Shown: piece by piece, positions 27,378-40,875 of the stretch
How positions within the stretch are numbered: the stretch's first letter is position 1
Layout of the letters: each line of letters opens with the position of its first letter
From: the human T2T-CHM13v2.0 reference genome, Homo sapiens
Length of the DNA stretch: 64,000 bases
NCBI RefSeq assembly: GCF_009914755.1
Contig: NC_060942.1
Direction: 5' to 3' (one strand)
The notes under the pieces: model-generated
Seen by the model: only the letters and a program-made list of their open reading frames with translations
Databases searched by the model: none
What the model was told of the DNA's origin: nothing
Made by a program: the position numbers and the translations under genes

Positions 27378-28949
27378 GTGTTAATTGAATGCAGACCCCA
27401 GGGAGAAGCAGCTTCTGGGGCATACACGTTAAGTGACAAAATGGCAAAGTATGATGCTGCGGGGGACACACGCCACCAGAGAAAGGAAAAAGCCTCAGAT
27501 GGGCAGGCATGTAACTCCCTAAACACACTGCACGTGCTCATTTCCAAAGGGTAAGGAAAGCACTGCGCATGTGGAAAGCACACCCTAGGGGAAGAATCAT
27601 GGGAAAGAGGCGAGCCTATGAAGTCCCAGGATCAAGGTTAAAGGGGCTGTTTTTCTCTCTTTGACCTTCAGGCGCTCACTTGGGTCTCTCCCAAGGGTTC
27701 TTTCCTTTCTTTTCTGTTCTAAAGCCTTTTTAATAAACTTCCACTCCTGCTCTGAAACTTGCCTCTGTCTCTTTTTCTGCTTTATGGCCCTCAGTTTAAT
27801 GCTTTCTTCGGAGGAGGCAAGGGCTGAAGTTGCTACAGACCCATATGGACACACTGCCAGTAACTTGGGGTAACTCAGATCTCCGCCATCGCTAACAGAT
27901 CCAGCCCTTCTGCAGACCAGCTCTCAGCTAACATACATCCCTGGTTAGCTCACCCCCGTGATGGGTGGGCTGTGTTCTGTGATCACCCAGGTCTTATCTA
28001 TTCCTAATGTTCCCTGATCCTGTTACCCTCTGACCACTGGACAGATACCCAGTGGTTCACTTGGATGGTTCAAAACTGTTCCTAGCCCTTAAAAGCTGGT
28101 AAATTAAAAAGAAGAGAGCTTACAGATGGCCAGCTTCTTCTCCCCTAAATAGCAAGCCTGTAAAATAGTCCCTTTTCCTGGGGATAGTGAACATGGATCA
28201 GTTAGAAATAAGGGATATTCAGGTTGGGAGAGGACAGAAGCACCTACAGGGAGGCTGCTGAAGATGAGGCCCTGTGGAGTTCCCCTCCATTAATTTTTCA
28301 CAAAACTGTAGAAGCAAACTAATAATCATGTTGTCTAATATATGACCATGTCACCTGCAGCTGGGAGGGGGCGGGGAGAGAAAATGACTACCCTCGACTT
28401 CCAATTATGCTATGATAACAGTTTAAATTTTATTGAGTAAATAATTATCTCTGTGGGTTTAACAAAAAACAAAACAAAACACAGCACAACACCATTAGTC
28501 ATCTGTCTGAGGTAAAGCTGAAATATATATTTAACACATGCGTTTCTTATTCAATGCCCTGATTCAGAGCAAGGCGTGAGCCACTCATACCTCCAGGGGG
28601 TAAATGACTAGCTATTTTGGTAAATTAGGTTTTTGTTTTCATTTCCTGTTAGATTCTTTGTCTTCAGTTTTTAATTTATTTTGAACCAAAGGCAAGAGTG
28701 AAGGGGGGTATGTGGGTTTCTCATAATGATCTATAGGAGAATTTGACATGTGTCAGGTGTCAGTTTGGCATGTGCATGGCCCAGTTCAGGAGGAAACAGG
28801 GGTACATTAGTGTTGCTTGGAAGAAGTAGGGAGGCAGACAACAGGGCTTCGGACACACCGATTTATCCTTAAAAGCAGCAGCTAGTAAGCCCTCTTCTGA
28901 TGTGCGCTGGGTCAGAAGCAAAGGCTTTGAGGACAGTATTAGGAGATAA

Positions 28950-29395
<446 letters not shown>

Positions 29396-29759
29396 CAACA
29401 GTTCTCTCTAACTAGATAACGAAGGGATGGGGTACTTCCAGGGTGCTGGCCCCTTATATAGGCTTTCCTATCATGGAGTCTCTCTTGGCTCATGACAACA
29501 TCTGGATTCTCTTGCCTGTGTGGTACAGGTTTAGGCAGCTGAAATTGCCTTGGCAAGAAACAAATGTGATTATGAGGACACCACTCCATAAAGAACCCTT
29601 TTGTCTTGGTTGGCTGCTGAGTTAGTCTAGTTCCCCATGGGAGAAGAAGGAAAAGTATGTCGATTTGAGGCTTTCTTCAGCTTTATTGGCCAAGCCATCT
29701 TGCTCTAGCTTGAATCTCCTGGGGATGTGAATTGATTGCTGAGGGTCTGCTGTGAGTGT

Positions 29760-30154
29760 TGGCTGCTAGGGGCTGAGAGCTGCTCCACTCAACTGTCCTG
29801 GCATAGGGGGATTATCTTGCCTGGGGGGCTACTCCTGACACATATTAACAGCCTGCTTCTGCAGGTAGCAGTTTGTGAGCAGAGGATAACCTTTGCTTGG
29901 GTACAATGACAGGGCACAAAATGCCACTCCCCTTGTGTCAAGATGGGACAACTACGAGGTGCGGTCTGTGTTCTGGAGCGCCCCATGGGACTGGGCTGGA
30001 GCCAGTCTCCATTGAGGACCAGACCCTTGCTTAACTTGCTTCCCTTGCCCTATCCTGTTCCCTCACTCTCCTTCAAAGGGCAATGCTTCCCCAGTCAATA
30101 AGGTTCGCAAGAATTCCCATCTTAGCTCTGGTTCTAGGAAACTGACCTAGGACA
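29760..30154 (+). mobile_element. ERVL LTR (LTR16-like)
   Basis: Terminal ...cccatcttagctctggttctaggaaactgacctaggaca. Confidence 0.5.
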
Positions 30155-30155
30155 G

Positions 30156-30511
30156 TGATATAGTTTGGCTCTGTGTCCCCATCCAAATCTCATCTCAAAT
30201 TATAATCCCCATGTATTGAGGGAGGGACCTGGTGGGAGGTGATTGGATCACGGAGACAGTTTCCCCCATGCTGTTCTCATGATAGTGCGTGAGTTCTCAT
30301 GAGATCTGATGGTTTTATAAACGGCAGTTCCCCTGGCCTGTTCTCTCTCACCTGCCGCCATGGAAGACACTGCTGCTTCCCCTTCCACCACGATTGTAAG
30401 TTTCCTGAGTTCTCTTCAGCCATACAGAACTGTGAGTAAATTAAAACTTTCCTTTATAAATTACCCAGTCTCAGGGAAGTTCTTTATAGCATGTGAAAAC
30501 AGACTAATACA
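30156..30511 (+). mobile_element. THE1(D)/MSTA-type solo LTR
   Basis: tgatatagtttggctctgtgtccccatccaaatctcatc...cagactaataca. Confidence 0.9.
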
Positions 30512-30514
30512 AAC

Positions 30515-30665
30515 AGGGTGCTTGTCAGAAGGCAAGATTCCTTGACTCCAACCAGAAGAGGAACTCAGTAGGCCGGAGTGAGGCTTTGGAGGCTGCAGTT
30601 TTATTAAGCACACAGGTGATTCTGATGAACATGAGCCCAGGTCCACACCTGGGGAAGCACAAGGG
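30515..30665. mobile_element. MER5A-like hAT-Charlie fragment
   Basis: gcaagattccttgactcc...ttttattaagcacacaggtgattctgatg. Confidence 0.5.
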
Positions 30666-30800
30666 CCACACCTGATGAAGTGAGTCAGGGATTAGTCTAC
30701 TGAGGGCTAGAGTCTGTGCCAACCTGCAGGAGGGGCTGCAGGTATTATTACTTGGGGCAGGCACTCTGACTTCAGCTCTGGGTTTACTTGTGATGCCCTT

Positions 30801-31355
30801 TGTGATGGTTAATATTGAATGTCAACTTGATTGGATGGAAGGATGCTAAGTATTGTTCCTAGGTGTGTCTGTGAGGCACCAAAGGAGATTAACATTCGAG
30901 TCAGTGGACTGGGAGAGGCAGACCCACCCTCAATCTGGGTGGGCACCATCTAATCAGCTGCCAGTGCAGCTAGAATAAAGCAGGCAGGAGAAGGTGGAAG
31001 AGCAGACTTGCTGAGTCTTCCGGCCTTTATCTTTCTCCAGTGCTGGATGCTTCCTGCCCTCAAACATCAGACTCCAAGTTCTTCAGCTTTTGAACTCTTG
31101 ATCTTACACCAGTGGTTTGCCAGAGGCTCTTGGGCCTTTGGCCACAGACTGGAGGCTGCACTGTCGGCTTCCCTACTTTTGAGGTTTCGGGACTCGGACT
31201 GATCCACCACTGGCTTCCTGGCTCCTCAACTTGCAGACAGCCTATCGTGGGACTTTACCTTGTGATCGTGTGAGTCAATTCTCCTTAGTAAACTCCCTTT
31301 CAAATATACATCTATCCTATTAGTTCTGTACCTGAAGAGAACTCTGACTAATACA
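30801..31355 (+). mobile_element. MLT2A (HERVL) solo LTR
   Basis: tgtgatggttaatattgaatgtcaacttgattgg...gagaactctgactaataca. Confidence 0.92.
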
Positions 31356-32054
31356 CCTTGACCTTGAAGGAAGCAGAATTTTCTTTTTGAGTTGAGTGAC
31401 TGTAGCCCCCAAAGTTCCTAGGACAGTTTTGTGCAAGAAGTCATGAGGGCCTGGACAAAACCTCACAGCCTCTGGCTGGAATTCTGCATTTAGGGACGGA
31501 GGCCTGATTCTCCCACTGGGAAGAAAGGTGCTGAAGCTCTACCCTAGCCACGTTGGGAAGGCAGCGTCTGCCCTCCTTAACAAGACGTTTCCTACTAACT
31601 GCAACATGCAGGTTTGTATGAGAACAGTGCTGAGTGCTGACTGAGGCAGCTGACACCAGGAAAACGGCACGATATCCAAGAAGCAGCTTGTTGCCAAAGC
31701 TTAAGGCAGCAATAACAACTCTGATTTATAACAGGGACTATTTGTACATAATTACTAAATATTGATCACACATTCAGCAGTGTGCCTAAATTAAAGACAA
31801 ACCAAATCTCATAACAGCACCAAAAGAATCTTAGTGCAAACAGTCATCATGTAGCCCTTTTCTGCAATAATTTAATGGGCTTTTATAGAACTCTCAAGTG
31901 TACTCAAAAGTGTGATTGCTTCCTGGCACCATCCTCTATGACCCTGCAAAGCCCCCAGGACCTGCCCTCCATCACCTCTGAGACCACCCCCACCTCACCT
32001 AATTTGCTGTTTACCCACCCATTGACTTTTTTTTTTTTTAATTTTTGCAATTCT

Positions 32055-32369
32055 ATTTTCTTTTCTTTTCTTTTTTTTTTTTTTTGAGATGGAGTCTCAC
32101 TCTGTCACCCAGGCTGGAGTGCAGATCTCGGCTCACTGCAAGCTCTGCCTCCCGGGTTCAAGTGTTCAAGTGATTCTCCCTGCCTCAGCCTCCCGCGTAG
32201 CTGGGATTACAGGCACCCAACACCACGCCCAGCTAATTTTTGTATTTTTAGTAGAGACGGGGTTTTGTCATGTTGGCCAGGCTGGTCTCGAACCCCTGAC
32301 CTCAGATGATCCACCCACCTCAGCCTCCCAAAATGCTGGGATTACAGGCGTGAGCCACCACACTCGGCC
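32055..32369 (-). mobile_element. AluS
   Basis: Reverse-complement Alu; TSD aattct(a/g)ttttc. Confidence 0.93.
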
Positions 32370-32859
32370 AATTCTGTTTTCAAATTTCAATTTTGTCTTT
32401 TTCAAAATCTAGGTAATTTTTGTGATCTCTTATTGCTTGATTATTTTTGAGATTCCTTTTTTTCAGGTTTTAAACATTTTATCCACTGTTATTTTGTATT
32501 TTGAGTCTGATAATTTCATTACCCGAAGGAAGGGGGTTTAATTCTGTTGTTGATTGTTTTTGCTGATTCTCACTCATGGTAACCTGTTTGCTTGTGTTTT
32601 TCATGTTATTTGATTCTGAACTCATTTTGTTGATCTTAATGTATGGGAACCCTGAGAACCTAAGATGGCGATGCTTTTATCCAAGGAGGACTTGGGTTTG
32701 CTTCTCCTGAGAGCCGGGAGCACTATCCCAGCCGAACGAGAGTCTCCCTTTCTCTTCCCCACTCTGTTTCACTGCAGCCCATGGCTTAGCCCAATCAATG
32801 CACGGCTAATCCTGGCATCTCAGCTCTAGGCAACTCTGTCTTTTATATTTGCTTGTTCC

Positions 32860-33296
32860 CCACCAATCTAAATAACAAACAAAGAGAGGCTGTCTAAAAG
32901 AAAAGATGTTTACTTGGGAACAGAGCATTGCAATGTGAATACCTGTGCCATAGGTAAACCATGTGCATATTCAGGGAGGTAAAGGAAGAGAAGGATTTTT
33001 AAAGGAAAAAATGAAGGGGATTACATAATTGTTCTGAAATACTTATCCCTGGCTAAAAGATCAACAACAAGGGTGACACCCGTCCAAGGCTGGAGAGGCA
33101 GTTGCTGGGCAGACGTCCTTACAGAAGCATTTGTTGTATAAGGCTGTGACGGTCTTGGTACAAAGTTGTGGTCTCTGTAGTCTTTCGTGGTCAGGCATAC
33201 AAGTGTGAGAATCCTCTCTTCATGGCCTTCCTTGGATCTGTTTGTCAGAGTTTTCTTAACCTTAGTGACTCCATTTTGCTTCTGACAACTTTCACA
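32860..33296 (-). mobile_element. ERV1-class LTR (MER4/MER31-group-like)
   Basis: gagaggctgtctaaaagaaaagatgtttacttgggaacagagcattgcaatg...gactccattttgcttctgacaactttcaca. Confidence 0.6.
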
Positions 33297-33639
33297 TCCC
33301 CAATGTTCCCACTTTGGAATCATCTCACTTTTTCCTCCCATACTTAATATCACCCCAACAATACAATAAGGAGTCTGTTTTTTGCAGGAGTTAGCTATTG
33401 TATGCAGCACCGCTAGACTTGCTTTCCCTCTGTTTCCATTGAGTTGTTGCTCTGTGTTGGGGGTGGGGTGGTGCAACCACTGTGTCATCCCTCTCTGTTA
33501 TCTCTGAAACACAGAGCTTAGTAAGTAGGAAGGGTCCTTTATGTCACTACTGATTTGCTGGTTAATAGCTAAACATCAAGTCAGGCAAATTAACATGCTT
33601 CCCAGTTATGCCCTTTCTAGTCCTATGTGGTGTGGCCTT

Positions 33640-34370
33640 TGCTAATTATTTGCACTTCCGTTATTCTGGAGCGCTTCCTCCCTTCACTCATAAGTGATTA
33701 ATGCAATGTTGCCGGTACAGCTTCGCCCACCACCACCTCCAACTGTTGCCAACTGTGGTTTGGAGAGGCTGGGCCGGCATCCCGGAGGCCTGTTTGTTTG
33801 TCCTAGTATTCATTACTAGTTGGCTCTCCTCCCATCTGCTGCCAATGCAGAGTTATTTATATCAAATTGGAGAAGCCTTGGTGAGCTCCGCTGTGATAAC
33901 TCACATCCTCAGAATGCCTTTCATCCCAAAGGACTTTACACGTGGTATCCTCGCAGGAAACCCTTTCCCGCTGACCCAGGGGTAAATCCTGGCTTCCCTG
34001 GGAAGTGGCAGCTGCTGGTCCATCTGCTTGGCTGATAAGGCCTTTGCACTCAGATTAAGAGCCCTGGCCCACAAAACGTGCGGTGGAACTTGCCCAAAGA
34101 GGTCGTGACAGCTGAGTCACAGGGAATAGCACTGAAACTGCGATCCTGGGGCATGGAGAATGTCTATGAGGGGTGAGCCAGGGTGCTGAGTCATGCCTCT
34201 CCGCCTGGCACTGACTTGCTGAGTGTCAGAGCTTCCAGAAGGTGACACTGCTTAGAAGTCACCAACCTTCCCACTGCCAGCCTGGTCCATGAGCTCTGCA
34301 CTTCTGAGGCTGACATGCCATCCCCTCCAAAGGATTTACTGTCATCAGTATCACATTTGGGTGATAATTC
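33640..34370. promoter_or_regulatory. Candidate haematopoietic (erythroid/megakaryocytic) enhancer
   Basis: CATCTG-N6-TGATAA at 34021-34038, further TGATAA at 33894 and ~34362, TGCTGAGTCAT at 34184, GCTGAGTCAC at 34111, TGTGGTT at 33754, GGAAGT at 34001; motif evidence only. Confidence 0.4.
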
Positions 34371-34759
34371 ATCAGCTCTCATTTTTTCAACCAATATAGG
34401 TTCATTACATCCAGCGTTTCACCGTTTGACACAGGATAGAGCTCAAATGAAGGGCTTGTGATGTTCTGGCAGCAGTCTAACTCAATTAACAGATTAACAC
34501 GAGTCCACAGGCACAGGTCTCCAAAGAAATTAGATCGCTCCGAAAGAAATCAGGCTGGGGTGGGAAGGTCAATCATCATTTTAAATGAAACTGAGAAAAT
34601 TATTGACAAATTTGTGCTCTTGTTGGGGCTTCCAGCAAGTAGTATCAGAGGGATGACTTTGGGAAAAGAGCCAAAGAGAAAAATATATGGCCTGGCAAAA
34701 TTTTTTATGGAGAAAATATTTTTTTAATTTCATTTTTTTTCTATTTGTAGTTTTTTATT

Positions 34760-35088
34760 TCTTTTCTCTTTTTTTTTTTTTTTTTTTCTTTTTTGAGAGT
34801 GTCTCACTCTTACCCAGGCTGGAGTGCAGTGGCACAATCAGACAGAGTTCACTGTTACCTCAACCTCCTGGGCTCAACCAATCTTCCCGCCTCAGTCTCC
34901 CGAGTAGCTGGGACTACAGATACATACCACTATGCCTGGCTAATTTTTTTTTTATTTTTAAATGTTTTTGTAGAGATGGGGTCTCGTTATATTACTCAGG
35001 CCAGTCTTTAATTCCTGGTCTCAAGCAATCCTCCCACCTCGGCCTCCCAAAGTGCTGGAATTATAGGCATGAGCCACTGTGCTCAGCC
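34760..35088 (-). mobile_element. AluJ
   Basis: Reverse-complement Alu. Confidence 0.9.
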
Positions 35089-35937
35089 AGGAAATAAATT
35101 TTTAAATCAAATTTATTGACAGGTTGGCCATACACTGTCTAATCAGTGCAGGGAGGTGATCATGCAGTTGAGGGAAACTGCTACCAAGAAGCCTACCCCA
35201 TCCCATAGCCTCCAGGAAGGAGTTTTTGCCAGGGGAATATCAATATTGCACCACCAGACCAGTGTTGAAATTCAGTGGGTGCAGGGAGATGGCAGGTGTG
35301 GGCGGTAAATTTCAAAACACTTATTTTGAAACGCCCACGATGCCTGGATCACAGATCCTGTGGCTGGCAGAATAACCAGTGCTGTTTACACATCCGTGGA
35401 GGGTGAATCTTCTTCTCCGGCTATCAGAAGAGCATTGCATGCTCTGTAAGAGCAAAACTCTGGTTGCTTGGACTTTGTCTCTTAAATGCAGCACTTGCCA
35501 CAGTATATTCTCACTGGTTAAAGTTTTCCCCCTCCTCTTACAGATTCCTTTCTCACTCTCTGAAGTTTAGTTAGAATCAATATCACAAGTTGGACTTTTA
35601 ACTCAGGACAAGTAGATGTTAACTGTTCTGTCACTTTCATTTCTGGAGAAAGGGAAATAGATGGGGGTTTGTAGAATCTCCAGGACTGGCTGAGCTCTTT
35701 AGTAGAGAAACTAGTTTTGTAGACTAACAGTTGATGCCCCAAGATAAAACAATATACATCATTTATATCCCACTTTTGTTCATTTTGGACGTTTTAAGAG
35801 ATTTCTTTTTCATTTGATTTTTATCATAGTATATTATAAAATCAGGAATAAAAAAATTAAAACCTTTGAAATTTGATTGTTATTTCTGTTTTTCATGTTC
35901 TCAAGCCTTTTGATGCCCTTTTCACCTTAATTATCAT

Positions 35938-36254
35938 ATATATAATATATATAGAGAGAGAGAGAGAGAGACAGGGCCTCGCTTTATCACCCAGGCTGGA
36001 GTACAGTGGTGTGATGATCTTGGCTCACTACAGCCTTGACCTCCCGGGTTCAAGTGATCCTCCTGCTTCAGCCCCTCAAGTAGCTGGAATTACAGGCACA
36101 TGTCCCCATGCCCAGCTAATTTTTTAATTTTTTAATTTTTTGTAGAGATGGAGTTTCATCATGTTGCCCAGGCTGAGCTCAAACTCCTGAGCTCAAGTGA
36201 TCCATCTGCCTCCCAAAGTGCTGGGATTACAGGTGTGACCCACCTCACCTGGCT
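35938..36254 (-). mobile_element. AluJ with (TA)n(GA)n microsatellite at its tail
   Basis: atatataatatatatagagagagagagagagagacagggcctcg... Confidence 0.9.
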
Positions 36255-36269
36255 GCCTTCTTAATAATC

Positions 36270-37000
<731 letters not shown>

Positions 37001-37519
37001 CACCAATGCCAATGTTGATGTTGATGGTGATGTCCAATGTCTGGGCTGAGGAAGGCCACAGCATCTGTGGCCAGTGGTGTCTCCTCCAGGTCAGTTCTGC
37101 AAAATGCCTTGGGTCATTTTTCCTGCTTCAAGAGCTCTTGTCCAAACCTGGTTCTTCAAGCCTCTGTGTCACTGGCACCCTTTCAATAAGTTCTATTTTG
37201 GTTTAAATGAACTAGAGTTGGTTTCTGAGGCTTGTAGTAAAGAGTGCTGAACTAATAGACTGGGGAAATCAACTGACTTGGTTCTGTACATAGAGTCATT
37301 TCTAAACTAGACAATTTGGGAGATTTCCCTGGGCCCTTCACCAGGAGTCGGGGAAGTGTTGTGGTTCCATCTGTCAATGGTTGAAGAATGGTCTATCACC
37401 ACCATCCAGACCAATCAGCCTCTCCTCTGGATGCTGCCCCTTAGTGACAGCTTTCTCCCTTTTAGGGTCGACTATCATGTTCATTCTGTCCAGATTTGAT
37501 CATTCAAAAACTTAAGCAG

Positions 37520-37800
37520 AGTGGGTGCGGTGGCTCACACCTATAATCCCAGCACTTTGGGAGGCGGAACCCTTGAGCCTAGGAGTTCAAGACCAGCCTG
37601 GGCAGCATAGTGAGACCCCATCTCTATTAAAAATACAAAAATTAGCCAGGTGTGGTGGCTTGTGCCTGTAGTTTCCAGCTACTCAGAAAGTTGAGGAGGG
37701 AAGATTGCTTAAGCCTGGGAGGTCGAAGCTGCAGTGAGCCTCAATCACGCCTCTGCACTGTAGCTGTGAGACAAAGTGAGACTCTGTCTCAATAAATAAA
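37520..37800 (+). mobile_element. AluJ
   Basis: J diagnostics; followed by an L1M 3' remnant to ~38190. Confidence 0.88.
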
Positions 37801-39877
37801 GTGTACGTACAAAGGAATATTATGCAGCAGCAAAAATGAGTGAACCTGAGCTACATGTTCAACATGAATAAGTTTCATAGATATCCGGTGGGACAAAAAA
37901 GTAGTCTGCAAAAGGATGTATACTGTATCCTTACAAAAGCTAAAAATCACGGGAAGCAATGCTACATTGTACCTAGGAATGCATGCATCTGTACCGAAGT
38001 ATAAAGAAATACATGTCAATGGTGAGCACTAAACTATGAATAATTAGTATTTCTGGGAACAGGGGTGTGAAGGTGAAATGTAATAAACGGGCACGAAGGC
38101 TCACTTTATTTGTAAGGTTTTATTTAACAAGCTGGGTGGTGGGTACGCCTTTTCACATATCTAAAATATTTTGTAGTAAAAAATTAATGAAACAAAGGGA
38201 TTAGGAAAGAGGGGTCAGCCAGAGAGGTTTTCCCAGGTCACTTAGGGGCGCCTGTGGGTCTTTCATGCACTTTTTTTTTCCAAAAGTGGCCTTGAGATCA
38301 ATTAGGGCACGGATTTGGCCAACATTTCCACCAGCATTGCTCAGTTTCCTGGTGCATGAAATAATGATTCTGTTGATACTAAATATCTGCCTCCTGCAAC
38401 TTATATGGCATGATTTGTTGCGAGGAAATGTGAGCAGCTAACAATCAGCTTGGTTCATTTCATCTCTTCCTTTCCCATCTCCTTCCTGTTATGGGTTTAT
38501 TTAGGGAAAAAAATAGGTAACTGCTTTCTGGCAACGCTTTCTTCTCCCTGGGTTCTTGGCCATGTACTCACTAACCTTCTCCAGTAGGAGTAGGAAAATA
38601 AACCCCCCAAGACATTTGAATAAAAGGGGATGCAGCTATTGTCAGCTCAGTGACACAGAAATATTGGGAAAGTTAGTTCTATATCCTCTTCATACCAGGA
38701 CACTGGTTGTTGACCTCTCACTCCATGAAGAACTGTCTGCCCAGATGTTGGGCAGCTGTAATACAAGCGAAAGACTTCACTAGGATGTGGAAGGGAGACA
38801 GTAATAAATTAGCAGTATTTATCAAGATCCCTCCAAATGCTCACGCCTTTTAACCCAGCACTTCCACTTTTAAGGCACCAACCAAAGGTAATAATCAAAT
38901 ATTATCAAATATTTATATCTCCCAAACTGCAAAACAAACCTAAAGTTCTCAAACAATGGGATAGCTAATAAACGTATAAAATAGCCAAAAAAATACCATT
39001 ATATAGCCATTGAATATGATATGTATAAGCTTTTTAAGTAACATGTAGAAATATTCATAGTAGCCCTTGGAAGAAACAGGATATGAAAGTGTAATCTACA
39101 ATATCAGCCCTATTCTGTAAATGTCTCTACTGTCTATCAATCTACACAGATATATAGAGGGAAAACAGAAATGAAATACACAGAAACATTAGCAGTAGGG
39201 ATCTCTGGGTAAAGGGATTACAGCAATTAAAAAATACACACTCTAATGATTTTTCCACAGTTTCATGTATTGAATATATATTCCTTTTTAAGAAAATAGG
39301 GGGAAAAGTTATTAAAAGAAAAGGACTCTGAGCTTCCCGGAGCAGGATCTCAGTGTACTTGCCCTTCTGACATACCTGAGGGATTGAACTTACTCAGCAG
39401 ATGCTGTGATAACCTCAGGGGCAGAATGTGTCGAACCTGTGTGTATATGTGACGGGTCACCCCACGTCAGCTCTCAGGTGATTGTGGAGCCTCACCCACT
39501 CAAAAAGGGGGTGCCCCCACCCACCCACCCTCCCACTCTTCTTCAGAACCTTGGCCTCCAAGGAAGATGCTATTTGGATCCAAGGTATGAAAACCCAGGC
39601 ACACTCTCTGGGGCAGAAACAGGTGGCTTCATGGTTGTGACTTTAGAACTCTCCTAAACAACCCATCCTTCCCATCACTTTCCCAGAAAACCATCCTACT
39701 TGATCACCAGGGCCCAGAATTCCACTGGGGACATTCATTCATTGGTTGAAGCTTTGGTACCTAGGAATCATCTAGGACATTCGTGGAAAGGATTTAGACT
39801 AGGTGACTTCTGAGATCGCCTGTTAAGATTCCATGGTATCATGCTTCTTTCTTTTAATGTGAATAAATTCCAAATCA

Positions 39878-40326
<449 letters not shown>

Positions 40327-40444
40327 CTACAGGCTGGCTTTTCTCCTCCTCCGGGGTGAGCAGCAGGGAGGAGAAGCAGTCTCATGGTCACTTACCTGCA
40401 GCTTCTGAATGGAGGGTGAAGCTTCAACACTCACCAGGGTGCGC

Positions 40445-40875
40445 AGTCTGGGTTGAAGTTCGTCTCCCCATCATTCCTGTGTTGACATCCTAATCTCCAG
40501 TACCTTAGAATGTGGACTTATTTGGAGACAGTGTTGTTGCAGATACGATTAGTTAAGACGAGGTTATACTGGAGTATTATGGGCCCCTAATCCAATATGA
40601 TTGATGTCGTTATCAAAAAGGGAAATTTGGAGACATACACACACAGGGAGAATGCCATGTGAAGACTGGAATTTTGCTGCCACAAGCCCAGGAACTCCAG
40701 AATCTAGCCGAGAGCCTCCAACCAATCTTTCCCTGCTGCCTTCAGAGACAGCAGGGCCCTGCCAACATCTTCATCTCAGACTATGGCCTCCCAAGCTGCA
40801 TGATAATTCATTTCTGTTGCTCTAAGTCACCCAGTGTGTCGTTCCCTGTTACAGTAGCTGTGGGAAACTAACACA
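40445..40875 (+). mobile_element. MLT1 (B/C-type) solo LTR
   Basis: cctaatctccagtaccttagaatgtgg...ggaaactaaca. Confidence 0.8.

Larger units (their letters stand above)
26902..27897 (+). mobile_element. ERV1-class solo LTR (MER50-like) carrying a nested chimeric insertion
   Basis: TG...CA ends (tgttctaggtaattagacaggcatgagc...gctaaca), AATAAA at 27732, near 4-bp TSD ggtc/gatc. Confidence 0.7.

Noticed and set aside
38235-38255. Possible CTCF site (ggtcacttaggggcgcc)
   Set aside because: Mismatches at the core CC..AG positions.
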